Shown: piece after piece, positions 27,101-38,899 of the stretch | Layout of the letters: each line of letters starts with the position of its first letter | Position numbering within the stretch: the stretch's first letter is position 1 | NCBI RefSeq assembly: GCF_964355755.1 | Contig: NC_092672.1 | Location: 8,618,001 to 8,682,000 of the forward strand | Source: Antedon mediterranea | Taxonomy: Eukaryota; Animalia; Echinodermata | Direction of reading: 5' to 3' | Length of the DNA stretch: 64,000 bases | Position numbers and translations under genes: made by a program | Notes under the pieces: generated by a model | What the model was told of the DNA's origin: nothing | The model's input: only the letters and a program-made list of their open reading frames with translations | Database searches by the model: none

Positions 27101-30100
27101 ATTAAAATGATTAAATAAATTTACAATAATTAATCATTCCTTTTTACTAATTAATTTACAGACTGCCTATAGGCTTGTTTTAAACTAGCAATAGTGTAAA
27201 AACTAACTGTAATGATTAATTAACACAGATTTTGATTTCCTGAAAATGGTCATTAATTGTAAAGTTAATCAAAGCATTTAGTACATCCTGTATTGTTACG
27301 GTCAGCTAGGCTTTTTTTTCTTAAGCTTTGTCTACACTATCAAACTTGATGTGACAAAAAAAATGTGATGTGCCCATATATGGACATGATGATGTCATAT
27401 CACTACCATATTTGGGCATATCACTACCATATTTGGGCATATCACTACCATATTTGGGCATATCACTACCATATTTATTGTCAAACTAGTTTGAAACAGA
27501 GCGTTATTCTCTCACAAACTCTCAACAGAGAATACACAGGTGAAGATTTATGAGAAAGTAAAATCTGGCAAATTTTGATTATTGAGATAATGAATGATTG
27601 TATTATAGGAAATAATAGACTGTGAATGTTTAATCCACCTTTGGGACACGTGCACAATAATCATTTTGTAAAAAGGGCAAGGCAATGCATACCCACCAGC
27701 TGTTTATGAGAAATTACTTTAGCCTAGGGTGTAGGCAGTGTAAAGCTGTGTCTTTGACAGGGTGTGTCCCCGGTTCAAGTCTTTTTTAGCATGTGGATAC
27801 GATATTGAGAGGGTTAGGTTCAGGTTTTTAGTGTGTCATAATGGGAGTGGATCTTGTTTAATTCTTAAAAGTAAGTATGAAGCAAATACACTACCTAAAG
27901 ATATTACCAGTAATTGCAAAAAAATATCTGGTTTACCATGAACTCCAATTTCTTTATCTATTTTTAGAGATTGATTGAAAAACATTGTCAACAAGACTTA
28001 ACCCTTTCACTGCGTATACCCGGTACTACCGGGTATAAACAAACGTCGTTGAAGTGCGTATACCCGGTAATACCGGGTATGGGCAAAACAATGATTTAAT
28101 CGTATTTGCCTATAATATATAGCACCCTCTATATTTGTTCGATGAACTTGAATATTTTTGCAAGTCATTAAAAAAATTTTCCAGCAAAAAAAACGACCCT
28201 CTATAGCTGTATTATTGTCTTGAAAATCATGCGCCCTCTATAGTTATATTATATATAGTATAGTGTATATAATAGTATTCTATCTTGGAAAGTTGTTTTG
28301 AGTAGCGTAATGGCGGCCATTTTGAAAGTAACCAAAATTTACCAGCCCCAATAGGGCAACATTGTGTTTATCACAACACGCAAAAAAAAAAAATTCTGAA
28401 ACAATAGTTAGTTTTGTACTATAGTGAATTTTTGGGAAATGTCATTATTTTCACGATTTTGCCCCAAAACTTTGATTTGTGCATAATTTTTATAAAATAA
28501 TAAAAATAATTCAATTTTTTTTTATATTTTTATTTGTTATACGTATCTTTATCAATATCCAGTTGGAAAAACGTATTCCATAAGAATTTCTTATAGAAAA
28601 TATAGTTTTTATCATTGATTCGATAAAAAACACGAAATCCAAAATACCTGTAATGACGTCACATGACGTCATCAATATGCAAATTACATTTTTTTTTATA
28701 CCTAACTGTAGACTAACCCTTTGCCCATCACACACCACAAAAATAATTACACAATTATCTCAATTAGTATTTTTTTGCAATTTATTAAAATACCATATGT
28801 TTTTCTTAAATATACATTACGCACAGAGGTGGGAATAATGCTCCGCAGTGAAAGGGTTAACCAAGAATTGAGGAAAATAGTCAAATTAAATTAACAAATC
28901 AAGACTCAAAACTAATTGAAAATCTAAAGAAATCTCATCATAAAATAAGTGGAGCCACTGGATTTGAGCTTTCTGAGAATAACATTAAGTTAGATTTGTA
29001 TAACTTAGTAATACCTTAACAAACCTCATTGAGGACTTTATCCTCGATTTTCTATGTTAGTAATGTTGTTAGTCAAAAGTAAAAATGATTCAGAGATGTT
29101 TTATGACTAGGCACGTTTTTCGACGTATAATGAAATTTATTGGAAATAAAACATACATGAATAAAGAAAGTCAATCAAATGATTATATGACTAATATTAA
29201 AAGTTACAGTATTAATATTATAGATCTATGCTAATACAGTAGTCTAAATTTGTACAGTATCTTTTCTTTAATATTAGTGAAATTGTTTAAAAATTAGATG
29301 TATAAATTGAATATACTGTAATGTTGTGTGTTATCTTGTTGGTATGTTATTTAAAACAACATTTAATGGATTATTTTGCATTTCTCATGAGCTTTTTGTA
29401 AGTTTATAAGATTCAATTAAATGATTAATTAAACATTAAAATAGGCTTTTATTATAATCAAAAAATGTTAGGGAAATGGAACAAAACACAGTAAATTTAA
29501 AATGATGTCAATATAAATGTATAGTTCAATTAAGATTACTAGAATTCAGAATGTAAAATTGAAAATCAATGGAACTGTAAAGAAATAAGTTCTTCATGGT
29601 AAACCAAACAATTAACATAATTAATTAGTAAGTCAACAATAGAATAAAGGAAGTATTTCAAATATTGATTACATAAACAGATAACATACTGTACATACAG
29701 TAAAAGATAAGATTAAGAGATAAACTCTATTGTGTTATAATACAAGGAGGATGGTATAACATATAACAACTTTTTTTTAACATAATTTACATGTACTGTA
29801 GAATAAGAATGGACAATGCAAGCACAAAAAACAGGGAATAATCTTTGCTGTTCTATCTTGACAACCAAAACATGGGAAAGCAACAGGGGTAGACCAGTAC
29901 ATACATTGACACCCTAAAGATGGATGGTGTGTGCTGATGAAAGAACAGATTCCCAATAGAATACATTTTTTATTTTTTTTTTTTATTTCATACTCATCCA
30001 ACAGCGAGTAACCCGCCAATTACAGGATGGATAAACTATTTAATAATTTCACAAGACAAACATATACACAAGATGCTCTACATAAACAAAGACTTATTAT

Positions 30101-32613
30101 TAAGTCTTTGGGAGTGGAGTTGTAAATTGTCATGAGAAAAAAACCCTGACATATGACAGGACTTGAACCCAGGACCCTTAGATTGGTAGCCAAGCTTCAT
30201 AACCACCAAGCCACAGCTCCACTCATGGTTGTATAAAAGAATCTAGTTTATGTTTATTCCAGACTACAGTATTAAAGCATAGGCCTACAGTAGTAAAACC
30301 ATTTGAAACCATTAAATAATATTAATAGCAAGGCGAACCTAACTTTGTTAGAGATATTAAAATAAAAAACCATTTGTTGGCTAAGAATAAAACAATTAGA
30401 GTATACTTACCAAGATCATTTTCTGTAATCTGCATCAGGTAGTCTCCATCAATACCACAACCTGTAGGAACACGAAGATATGAAATAACAGATGGATTAA
30501 TCCCATCACTGTATCCCAATTTCTCAACCACACGGCACCGCCGATTTGACTGGTTCGGTCGCCAAACACGTTTCAACATTTTGCAATAAAAAAGCAGTAA
30601 TAAGAAATAGTAATCCTATAAAACGTTGAGTTGCTCCGCGTCTTTAAAAAAATAGCGTACTGTTGCGTTGTGTCATCAAGTCAAGTATTGTTCAACGAGA
30701 AAATTAAAATGAGTGGCGCAATTACGATCAGTCGTCATCAAGCAAAGTCTCAAATGACAATGAGTATTCGTAGCAAATGATGATGCGATTAAATAATACG
30801 GTTTAATCAACGAGTCTAATACACACTGACAGATCTCACAATGCTGTGTTGTATCGACAACGACAATTAGAGTACAGAGTACGTGTTGTTTTCTACTGAA
30901 AGACTTAACCAAGTAAGTCACAAACAAGTGGTTATAAATTTTTGTTTAATTTCCAGACAGGTTTTATATAAATAAAGTAAGAAAAAAATAACAGAATTGA
31001 TGCACTTCAACTGCACTCTTGGCTAAAACTGTTGAGAGTTGGTTGATCAGTTTTTAGTAGAATTAACAGGAAACAGAAGTAATTTCTGTAGATTGTAAGC
31101 TTCGTGATGAGATTAGCAATGTGGTAATTAAATTTGAGAGCCGCAGAGGGGAGGTACTTTTGCTTCAGAAACGCGTAGTGAACCGATGACAAGTTAGAAT
31201 TTGATTAGCATGTGTGAGGGGTGGAACATTTGGGACAGAGCCGTTGACAAGTATAAAATTATAAGTGATGTTGGCATTGTTTCAACATTTGATGCTTTGG
31301 GATTGAATTGAATGTTTGATAGTCTGGGTTTCATTAGGATCACGTTCATTAATAAATTACAACATATTGCTCTTTGTGGGAGAATTGGGTATTTGTGCAT
31401 ACTGTATATGTTGTAACATATTGTACTCTGAGTATTATATGCCATAGATTTAAGATTAGAATAAAAATGGTTCCTATATTGAAAGCAGGCATCTTGAGGT
31501 AGTGAAGTGTGTTTTATTCCACATTCACTGCTTTCTTGATAAATAAATTTCTTTTTTATATTTCTACGTTTTTTTAATGAAAATATAATGATGTATTGTC
31601 CCTCTTTTTTTTTTATATGCCATTTTGATGTCACATAATAATAGTTACCCACTTTAAAAAAAATGATTTACCTGAAAAAACTGTAATTTAAAGCAAAAAA
31701 TAGTCAAATAGGCTGCCAGCAATGGGTTTTTGGTTGAAGTTGACTCTTTATTTTGTCATTTTATAGAGAAAACATTATTTTTTTTTCTATTTCTTTACGG
31801 AAGGGATTAACTTTTAAAACTACAAAATAACCTATTCAAAATCCGATTTAATTAATCTTCAATTTTCATGTTTTTGGGGGACAATACACCTTTAACATTC
31901 AATATTTGTATAAATCACTATTACGGTACTATATATTTCTATCATGCGTATTATGTTTTAATACTATCGGCAAATTTTGTCCTGAAGATGGGCTTTTAGT
32001 CTTTATTGGTTCTATTATAACAAACATTCTGAACAATTTTTTACAGCAACATACCTGAGAAGAGGTCATAATAGTACTGCATTTTGCGTGAACTTAACCA
32101 CTGGAGAACTTCTTCCTCTTCCCATGATTCAACTGGAATTTGTAAAAAGCGTTCCTTGCTATCTGTTCCACCATTTCCATTATGATTCAAATATCCATTT
32201 ATTGTTTCATTATTAGTAGTTCTTTCTTCATTTTCATTTTTAATCTGTTCTGTAACAGTATTTTCAATTGGGTCTGGTTTTTTAAAACTTGATAAATTTA
32301 CACCAGCTGATTTTTTGTCCAAGTCCTCGGTAGACTTCCGTCGTATGTTGACATTTTCAACTTTTTTTGACACTTCTTCTGGGGTTATATTATGGACTAT
32401 TGTTGGATTACTTGGGGGAGGGGGTGCAGATCGTTTCTTGGATTTTCCAACTGAATCATTGCTTGTGGTAGACGTTACACTGCTTTGTCGTGTACTTAGC
32501 TTTTCGGCTTTTTCATCTTTTGCTTTCTCTCCCTCTGTCAGCTTTGTAGCGGTTGATCGGGGAGGTGGTGCCGGGGCTGACTTTTTCTTTTCTTTTCGTT
32601 TGCGACCAAACAT
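92..32613 (-). CDS. Spliced gene for an uncharacterised protein with two tandem SAM (sterile alpha motif) domains; 3' part runs off the left edge. Coding exons 32613-32055, 30461-30411, 21643-21555, 4491-4305, 3730-3593, 580-530, 190-92 (~391 aa visible)
   Basis: All seven exons have AG/GT boundaries and matching phases (1,1,0,1,1,1). SAM1 reads VESWEEEEVLQWLSSRKMQYYYDLFS-GCGIDGDYLMQITENDL-VDLEVDEVDTRQQFMRERDRL; SAM2 reads MTNWSETDVQFWMESINLAQFVPQVK-ANHVTGKNLMNIDMQLL-DSMGIQGDHLEVLLAKIYEI. Both match the SAM consensus W..EDV..WL..I.L..Y...F....IDG..LL.L...DL..LGI. Orthologue not recognised. Confidence 0.82.
530..580 (-). CDS. SAM gene 51-nt exon (middle of SAM2: ANHVTGKNLMNIDMQLL)
   Basis: tttcag| ... 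|gtaagt, phase 1-1, same length as the SAM1 middle exon. Confidence 0.82.
2170..2323. mobile_element. PIF/Harbinger-type MITE, family A
   Basis: TIRs AGCTCTGTCTACACTA / TAGTGTAGACA..GCT with TAA/TTA flanks; core GTGCCCATATATGGA..TGATGTCATATCACT recurs at ~4700-4810, 27324-27503, 45644-45766, 48620-48705, 61438-61539. Confidence 0.75.
2870..3200. mobile_element. Kolobok-like family copy
   Basis: Shares AAAAACTGTAATTTAAAGCAAAA..AGTCAA..GGCTGCCAG and AACTACAAAATAACCTATTCAAA with 31590-31891. Confidence 0.55.
3593..3730 (-). CDS. SAM gene exon (start of SAM2: ...MTNWSETDVQFWMESINLAQFVPQVK)
   Basis: ttcag| ... |gtaaat, phase 1-1; lies within ORF 3579..3860. Confidence 0.85.
4305..4491 (-). CDS. 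SAM gene acidic linker exon (SLGSDGNRGGSDHEEYEEEEEEDTNDDESMSDLDTG...)
   Basis: ttttctag| ... |gtatgt, open frame, phase 0-1 matches both neighbours. Confidence 0.8.
5974..7555 (-). mobile_element. Non-autonomous Helentron/DINE-1-like (rolling-circle) element
   Basis: On the minus strand: 5' subterminal repeat TAGGTGATCATTT with its nearby inverted copy (7521-7552), a (TTC/TTA)n microsatellite, internal ~360-bp degenerate repeats, 3' copy GATCACCTA, hairpin TAATTCGTCA-AAG-TGACGAATTA, then CTAG and TT. Confidence 0.75.
9245..9745. repeat. T-rich degenerate minisatellite, ~20-bp unit (TTTTTCATGCTTCTTTTATG)n
   Basis: Repeated CATGCTTCTTTTATG separated by variable poly-T; source of the Phe-rich spurious ORFs. 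Confidence 0.9.
12620..13060. repeat. Degenerate tandem repeat (GATTGGAGAGGTCTTT / GGAGGTATCTTTGATT units)
   Basis: Recurrent TTGGAGA, GGTATCTT and GATTCTTTAA motifs. Confidence 0.6.
13700..15155. mobile_element. Degenerate transposon-like segment (possibly Crypton-type) with a remnant ORF
   Basis: TTATATCGTGTTATA near the left end and related inverted motifs (TTATAACA ... CACGATGTAA) near the right; 121-codon ORF 13786..14151; internal ~70-bp duplication 14292-14361 / 14505-14570. Class assignment is tentative. Confidence 0.35.
21555..21643 (-). CDS. SAM gene exon (end of SAM1: VDLEVDEVDTRQQFMRERDRLIRSRLKTTD)
   Basis: ttttag| ... |gtaagt, phase 1-0, completes the last SAM helix. Not in the ORF track. 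Confidence 0.75.
27324..27503. mobile_element. MITE family A copy with three internal CATATCACTACCATATTTGGG repeats
   Basis: Same left TIR and core as 2170-2323; 21-bp unit tandemly amplified. Confidence 0.75.
28002..28856. mobile_element. Non-autonomous piggyBac-type element
   Basis: Perfect 13-bp TIRs CCCTTTCACTGCG / CGCAGTGAAAGGG flanked by TTAA on both sides; no transposase ORF. Confidence 0.9.
30138..30222 (-). mobile_element. tRNA-derived SINE head (degenerate)
   Basis: Pol III box A TGGCTTGGTGG and box B GGTTCAAGTCC on the minus strand; related decayed copy at ~55650-55737. Confidence 0.55.
30411..30461 (-). CDS. SAM gene 51-nt exon (middle of SAM1: GCGIDGDYLMQITENDL)
   Basis: cag| ... 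|gtaagt, phase 1-1, IDG..L motif of SAM domains. Confidence 0.85.
31590..31891. mobile_element. Kolobok-like non-autonomous DNA transposon family
   Basis: Ends GATGTATTGTCCC / GGGACAATACACCT-TTAA; homologous copies or fragments at ~2870-3200, 10290-10440, 39985-40230, 63180-63263. Confidence 0.55.
32055..32613 (-). CDS. SAM gene first coding exon (Lys/Pro-rich N-terminus, start of SAM1)
   Basis: Acceptor (T)n-aaattccag before 32664, in-frame TAA just after it, ATG of MFGRKRK at 32613, donor G|gtatg at 32055. Two KKxSAPxPP motifs. Confidence 0.85.
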
Positions 32614-35390
32614 ATTTCCATTCACATTAGTTCTTATTTCAAAATTGACATTTTTCAGTTAAATCTGGAATTTAAAAAAAAAAAAATATTATATAATATA
32701 TATTGCAAATATTATTTTTGGTTACCAATGAATAACCAGAAGCGAGGTCTAATTCTGAACATTGTTTCATTTAATTTGACCAGCATTTAATACAATAACT
32801 GTTAACAATTTTTAACAATAACAACTACAATATTACACAAAATACATCAGTTTAACAAAAAATTACACTTTGAATTTTCAGATACCTACAGGCAAATTGC
32901 AACAAAACGTGTAATATATTAAAATGCATAGTTTTTGGTGAATATTAATACAGATTCAAGTAAAAAGAATTACAATACTAAATTCAAAGTTATTTATTAT
33001 AAAAAATTACGAAATTTATCTAAATAAAAATAACAAATCCATATATTCCTGCAATCAACACGTACTGTACTTGCTGTAATATTAAATTAAAGGATAAAGA
33101 TAAAAAATATATTGGCACTGAAATAAATAGAAATTAATCATATTTTTCTCAATGCCATACATTTATTTCAAATCAAATTTCCTTTCTCACAATGATTGAT
33201 ACTCTATGTTTATAATGAATCATGTACTGTAGCATTGTTTAAAAAAACATGATCTAAATGAACACTGCCCTTATTTTCCAATTTGCACAAGATTATTTAA
33301 TAAGGAAATAGTTAAAATAATGCAAAAATTAGGGGAAAAACCAAAAGAACAATGCTCATTTTTATGGCTACCCTTATACGTATAAAAAGAACAATGACAA
33401 TAAAAATATGACAATGACAGGAAAATACATCAAATAAGACAAATTACTTACACCAAGCAAACTATAGGGTAATGTTTTGTTACAAATAAAGTAAACCACA
33501 ATACAGATTATGAAATAATAAGTACTCTAAAGTGGATATAACATTTCATAAAGAAAAATAACCGTTTCACATTGACTAGCAAAAGTTGACACACACTGTG
33601 TGGATGCAATATAATTATGTAAACTCTAAAATCAAAGAATCATAATAATAATCATAATCATAGAGTGTGGACGCACTGTGTGTGTGTGTGTGTAAACTCT
33701 GAAGTTTTGCTACTGTAGGCGATGTATGTAAACAGGGTTATATACTGTAGTAAATGAAGATATTGTAATTTAATAACACTTTATTTAATTTATTTGTATC
33801 AGTATTTATATTACTGTTAATGCAATGGGTACTTTAGTTTAATTTTTTTTTACCACAGCAGTTAAATTTTGCTTACTGTATACGCTGTTCTTGCTAAGCA
33901 TCTTTCATTCAAAGTACATTGTATGTTAAGTATTTGATGCAGGTTGAATTCAATGAAACGAAACAAAACAAAAAAAAAGGTTTGAATATAAGCAAAACTT
34001 TGTGCATTTAAGTTCTTTAAATTAAATTGATTAAAATTAATTTCTTTTAATTGAATATACTGTACTTTTCATTTTTCAATGTAGCATCAATACACAACAG
34101 TACTTTAATTTCATTTCTATAGTAAAGAGCGAGTAGATTTTATATTTTTTTGTATGTACATCTTAAGATAAATATCAAAGGGAAATCCATCTGTATTCTA
34201 CAGACATGCTTTTAAATGTCCAAGAGACATTGATACAAATCAAACTTATTCGCATACTCAAGTATTCATGTTCAACTACACTAGGGAAAAGAATCTACTC
34301 TATTTGAGACCAATTACATCAAGATAATAAATTGTTTATGAAAATAATTCAAAACTGATACAAGTGTATTAGTTTAAAATCAGATATTAAACCCAAGTGT
34401 AACAAAACTTGTCCCTTGGTGAAACTGGTTTTAATAGCAGACAGGGAACAATTTGTATTCTGTCCAGTACAATATCACCTATAGTTTAAATAACATGTAT
34501 ACTTGTAGGTACTCCATTACAAGATAATGGCTCTAAATTGGTGGATACATTTACAATAAATCCTGGACCTTCAAATTAAAATAAAAAAAGTGTGCATTTA
34601 AATTCTTTACTCTAAAATAAATTTATTAAAACTAATTTCTTTCAAATAAATACTTTTCATTTTTCAATGTACTTTACCAATACTAATGTACTAAAATATC
34701 TAAATTAGACGAACTTACGCTTATTAAAGTTGAACTCAGTATTTAAATTTCTATCATTATTGTAACATTTTTGGTATTTCTTTGTTTGCCAAAATGAAGG
34801 AATTTTGTATTTTCCGTTGATTCTCAATCTAGATTTTGTTATAATTATAACGAAAATAATTAAAGAAAAATCAAATCAAATTCCTTTAGTAGCAAAACAC
34901 TGAAAATAAATAAATAAATACAATATTATTATTAAGTATATGTATAGTCTACAAAGCTATGGAAAGAATTTTGGTTTAATTACCAAATCCAATCAACAGA
35001 TTTTAAGAATTTACATTTATACTTTCGGATAAGAAAAAAGAAATTTCCGGGATGTTAGTAAACCTATGGGACAGGTATGACAAGGTGAAATTAAGAATAC
35101 TGTAGGTAATAAAATTGAAAGTTGCCGACTGTAATTGAGTAAACATTGTAAACAAAATACAGTTAATTAATAAGATTATTGAGATTTAAACCAAAATTGT
35201 ACAGTGTGTGGATATTCATTGGAAAATTAAATTTAAATTCTTTATTAGTATTTTTAGGCCTTAAAATCCAATCCCCACTAGAAGAATTGGGGAGATGAAT
35301 CTTGGGATGATACGGAAGAAGTCTGAATTTATAGCTTAGACAGAATTCCATTAAAAAACTGTGTTATAAAAGTAATTAGAAGCACTGTAT

Positions 35391-35676
35391 ATAATAATAA
35401 AATCATCCTGGATTTATATAGTGCCTATTGTTGTTAATTAAAAACATTAACAACTTATTTATTATTTTTTCATTATTACCCCAGTCATTTTTTTTTTATC
35501 AAACACATACTCCCATAATGCAGCTAGTAATCAGCGCAAAGTTGTGTCTTGATCTAACCGGGTTCCCATTTATACACCTGGGTGGAGAGAGGCAAACGTA
35601 AGTAAAGTATCTTGTCTAAGGATACAAGCAATGCGGCGAGAGTTGGATTCGAACCTCGATCTCACGATCAGTAGTC
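35391..35676 (-). mobile_element. tRNA-derived SINE, same family as 53931-54230
   Basis: Reverse complement of 53931-54230 (GGTTCGAATCC box B, CCTCTCTCCACCCAGGTGTATAAATGGG core, GACACAACTTTGCGCTGATTACTAGCTG, TTA tail). Confidence 0.8.
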
Positions 35677-38600
35677 GTACAAGCTTTAGAAGCTCATAAC
35701 CCCAAGAAGATTCATTTGTCTTTTATCTACACAACACACTCAAATATGGTAGGTGTATACATGGGAAATAAACTAGCCTAGCAAAAAGGAAATGAAAGTA
35801 TCCACTTCCAGACTTTTTAAGAACTTTTTTTTATTTCGACTTATACTTATAAGTTATAGCATTTAAAAAACTTAATAGGGATTACAGCCATGTCAGTTTG
35901 ATTGAGTACTACTGTAGAGTTTAATTCAGCATAGCAAGAAACAACATGACTACAGTACATAAAGAAACCAGACTAAAAAAAAACAAGAAAAAGCGTTGGA
36001 GAGGATGGATCTGGGTTATCTTGCATGAGTCATGAGCAAAATAGAGGGTTGCCTTAATTGAAAGGTTACTGTCAGTAATTAATTAAAAGACGTTCATTTA
36101 ATGAATGACTAACTCATTACAGTATGGTGTCCCATTTTCAATGTACAGATTAGAAACAATTAATACAAGAAAAGTTAAAATGTGATAAAACAAATATTAA
36201 AAGAATACAGCAAAATGAATTATGTTGTCTTCAACAAATACTTTTTAAAACTTATTCTTTAATTATTAAATTACTTTAATAAAAAAAACAAGTAAGTTGC
36301 AATTTTTCGGGTTAAAGTAAATTTCGAGAATTAACTTTAATAATTTATCATATAAACTTATTATATTTTACAATTAAAATGATTGTTCAATTTTTAAAGA
36401 TTATATTGAATGAGTACAATGCAAACATCTATGCTAAAACCCAATTCTCATTCAAAATTGTAATTTTGGTAATTAACTTGTACAATATAATTAAGCAATA
36501 CCAAATGTTCAAAACAGAGTAAGCATTTCATAATGCATGCACACAGGTACTATAAAAATTAATTAACAATATCAAACTAACCTACCTTTGTATAGAATCC
36601 CTAAATAGTAAAATGATGAATAACAAACAGCAGAGAAGAGATAGTCAATTGAGTATACCGATGCATTTACGTAGCCCACGGTACGTATGCAATGACAGTG
36701 CCTGATCTATGATAGGCCCCAGCTTGTCAGAAGACCCTGTAAAACTTGCTATGTCTGACAAGTTATATTGATAACACAGGACTGAAATTGAAAATCTAAA
36801 GTTAGTCATTTCCTTAGTAACTGCCATGTATAATACTGTAGTATTCCATATTTTTTAAAGGTTGATTTGCATATCCAGGTGATGTCATTTGTATACAGAT
36901 GTTATAACAATTCAATACAGATGTTAGATTGTAATAATCTAATCATTCAAATTAAACTGTTAATTCTAAAAGTTGTTGTTAATTTTATTGTTAATAAACA
37001 ATATTTAAAAATAAGTATAAATTCTAAAGTAGTTTGTGTCCTATTTTTCTTTTATTTTAAAATCTTTGACCCAATGGGTTGTTAATAATATTAATAATAA
37101 TAATATTAGATTTATAGAGCGCACATCCACAAAGTGCTCAAGGCGTTGGTGCGGCACCATTATGAAAATTTCGGACCCAGAAATGTGACTAAAGTTTGCA
37201 TAATCCTATGCCCATGTACTTTACTAGAGCGACTGCTCCAACAAAAGCAACATTTTGTTACTGTATAGTTAACAATTTATATTATTATGTACAATTATTC
37301 TAAAACTCAGATCCTGTGTTCAACGATTTATAATTTTTTTTCAAGCGGTCAAGACAGCCAATAAAAATAAATAAAACTTCAAACTTGTACCCGGTGTAAT
37401 ACAGGAGTTGTATACAGTGTGTTGTCACCATACACCGGACATAAACCCACCCATAATGAACTTCAAATCTATTTTGGGATTACTGTTGGCATAAACCGGT
37501 ACAAATTTTAATGGGGCTACGGTAGTCTATGGTACGCTATATCTATAGAATGTTTTAACTAACTAATCGCCTGAATCATGGTCAATTTAACTTTAACCTA
37601 CAGCCTCTAATTTATACTAGCATGACAGCAATAAACTTAATTTGGCTAATTATATATAGTGATGATCAAATGATAACAATCTCTGTTACTTTACATGTTT
37701 CCTAAACTTGATACAGTGATATATCCAATTTGATTAAGCTATGCTATGATACTTTCTAAATAACAGATTGAGGGGGCACTTTACAGTTACAGTATACAGA
37801 GCCATATATATAAAGAGTTACGACATTGGATTATAGTCGCGTGATATGCAGATTAATTTGTGTCAAACTTGTGTCCGTTAATTCATGTAAAGTATACTGT
37901 AGAAGCAAGAAAATACTTTAAACTTTTCCTTATATTTAAAAAAATGTAATTTTGCACATTTTACGGTGAAATATTGATGTGCACAGCGTACAGAAGTACT
38001 TGCGGCAAAGAATATTGCGTGCGCGTGCGCTAGTACATTATAAAGTTTGATTGATTGATTTTGGAACGAAACATCCTATAACTACGTCATATTAATAACA
38101 ATTATGTAATATTTTCAATTCATAATGCATGCTTTGATGACTAAATAAAATAATAAAGTGTCGTGGATATATTATTTTTATATTATTACAAATGAAATGA
38201 TGAACGAGTCTCGGAAAGTTTGTATCAAAAACACACGGAGAGCATATTATACTGTATAAAAAGAGGGGTGAATTTGTATTGGTTCATGCTCTGATGTATC
38301 CTAACTTGCATGTAGGCCCTAGCATTTATTCTTTTGTTATTATAGACACAATATATATGTTACAAAATTAATACCATTAATAAAATTAATTACTAAAATA
38401 AAAACAGAATATAAGCGTTATTTCATAGACAAAAAAATCTAAAAATAATGCATGAACTACAGGAAAATGCTACACAAAATAGACGCGCGCCCTCAGCGTG
38501 TGAATTCTTTGACACAAACATGGCTTCTAATCTTCAATGTCGTAACTCTTTATATGGCTCTGACAGTATAGTCTAGTCATACATAAAGTTTATTTAATAT

Positions 38601-38899
38601 AATAATATAATATATAATATTTTGATGAATCAGGTCAGTAGTAAACAATGCATCATTAAATTAAAATCTATAATGAAGGATGCTTTGAATAGTTACAAAC
38701 AATACAATTTTAAGTACTGTGTATAAACATTAATGAAATCAAGTATCAAACAAAATTGTTCAAATATTCAAATTGAAACAAAACATAAAAAATATTGATT
38801 TTAAAATGGTACAACAAAACTCTTTAAAAACAGTAAATGCATGGAATTAAGAACACTCTTAACACTTTTAGTTATTTATGCGGTAGATTCTGAGGATGA

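Noticed and set aside
27365-27553. ORF with YHYHIWA repeats and CRISPR-like 21-bp repeats
   Set aside because: Internal tandem repeat of a MITE; no spacers, no cas genes, eukaryotic context.
30138-30222. tRNA gene (also 53931-54000)
   Set aside because: Box A/B present but no convincing cloverleaf; behaves as a SINE head.
31194-31652. 152-aa minus-strand ORF
   Set aside because: Starts inside a transposon copy, no recognisable domain or splice fit.
32315-32662. Plus-strand 115-aa ORF, and similar ones at 4205, 45037, 45155, 50826, 56005, 62575
   Set aside because: Antisense shadows of real minus-strand exons.
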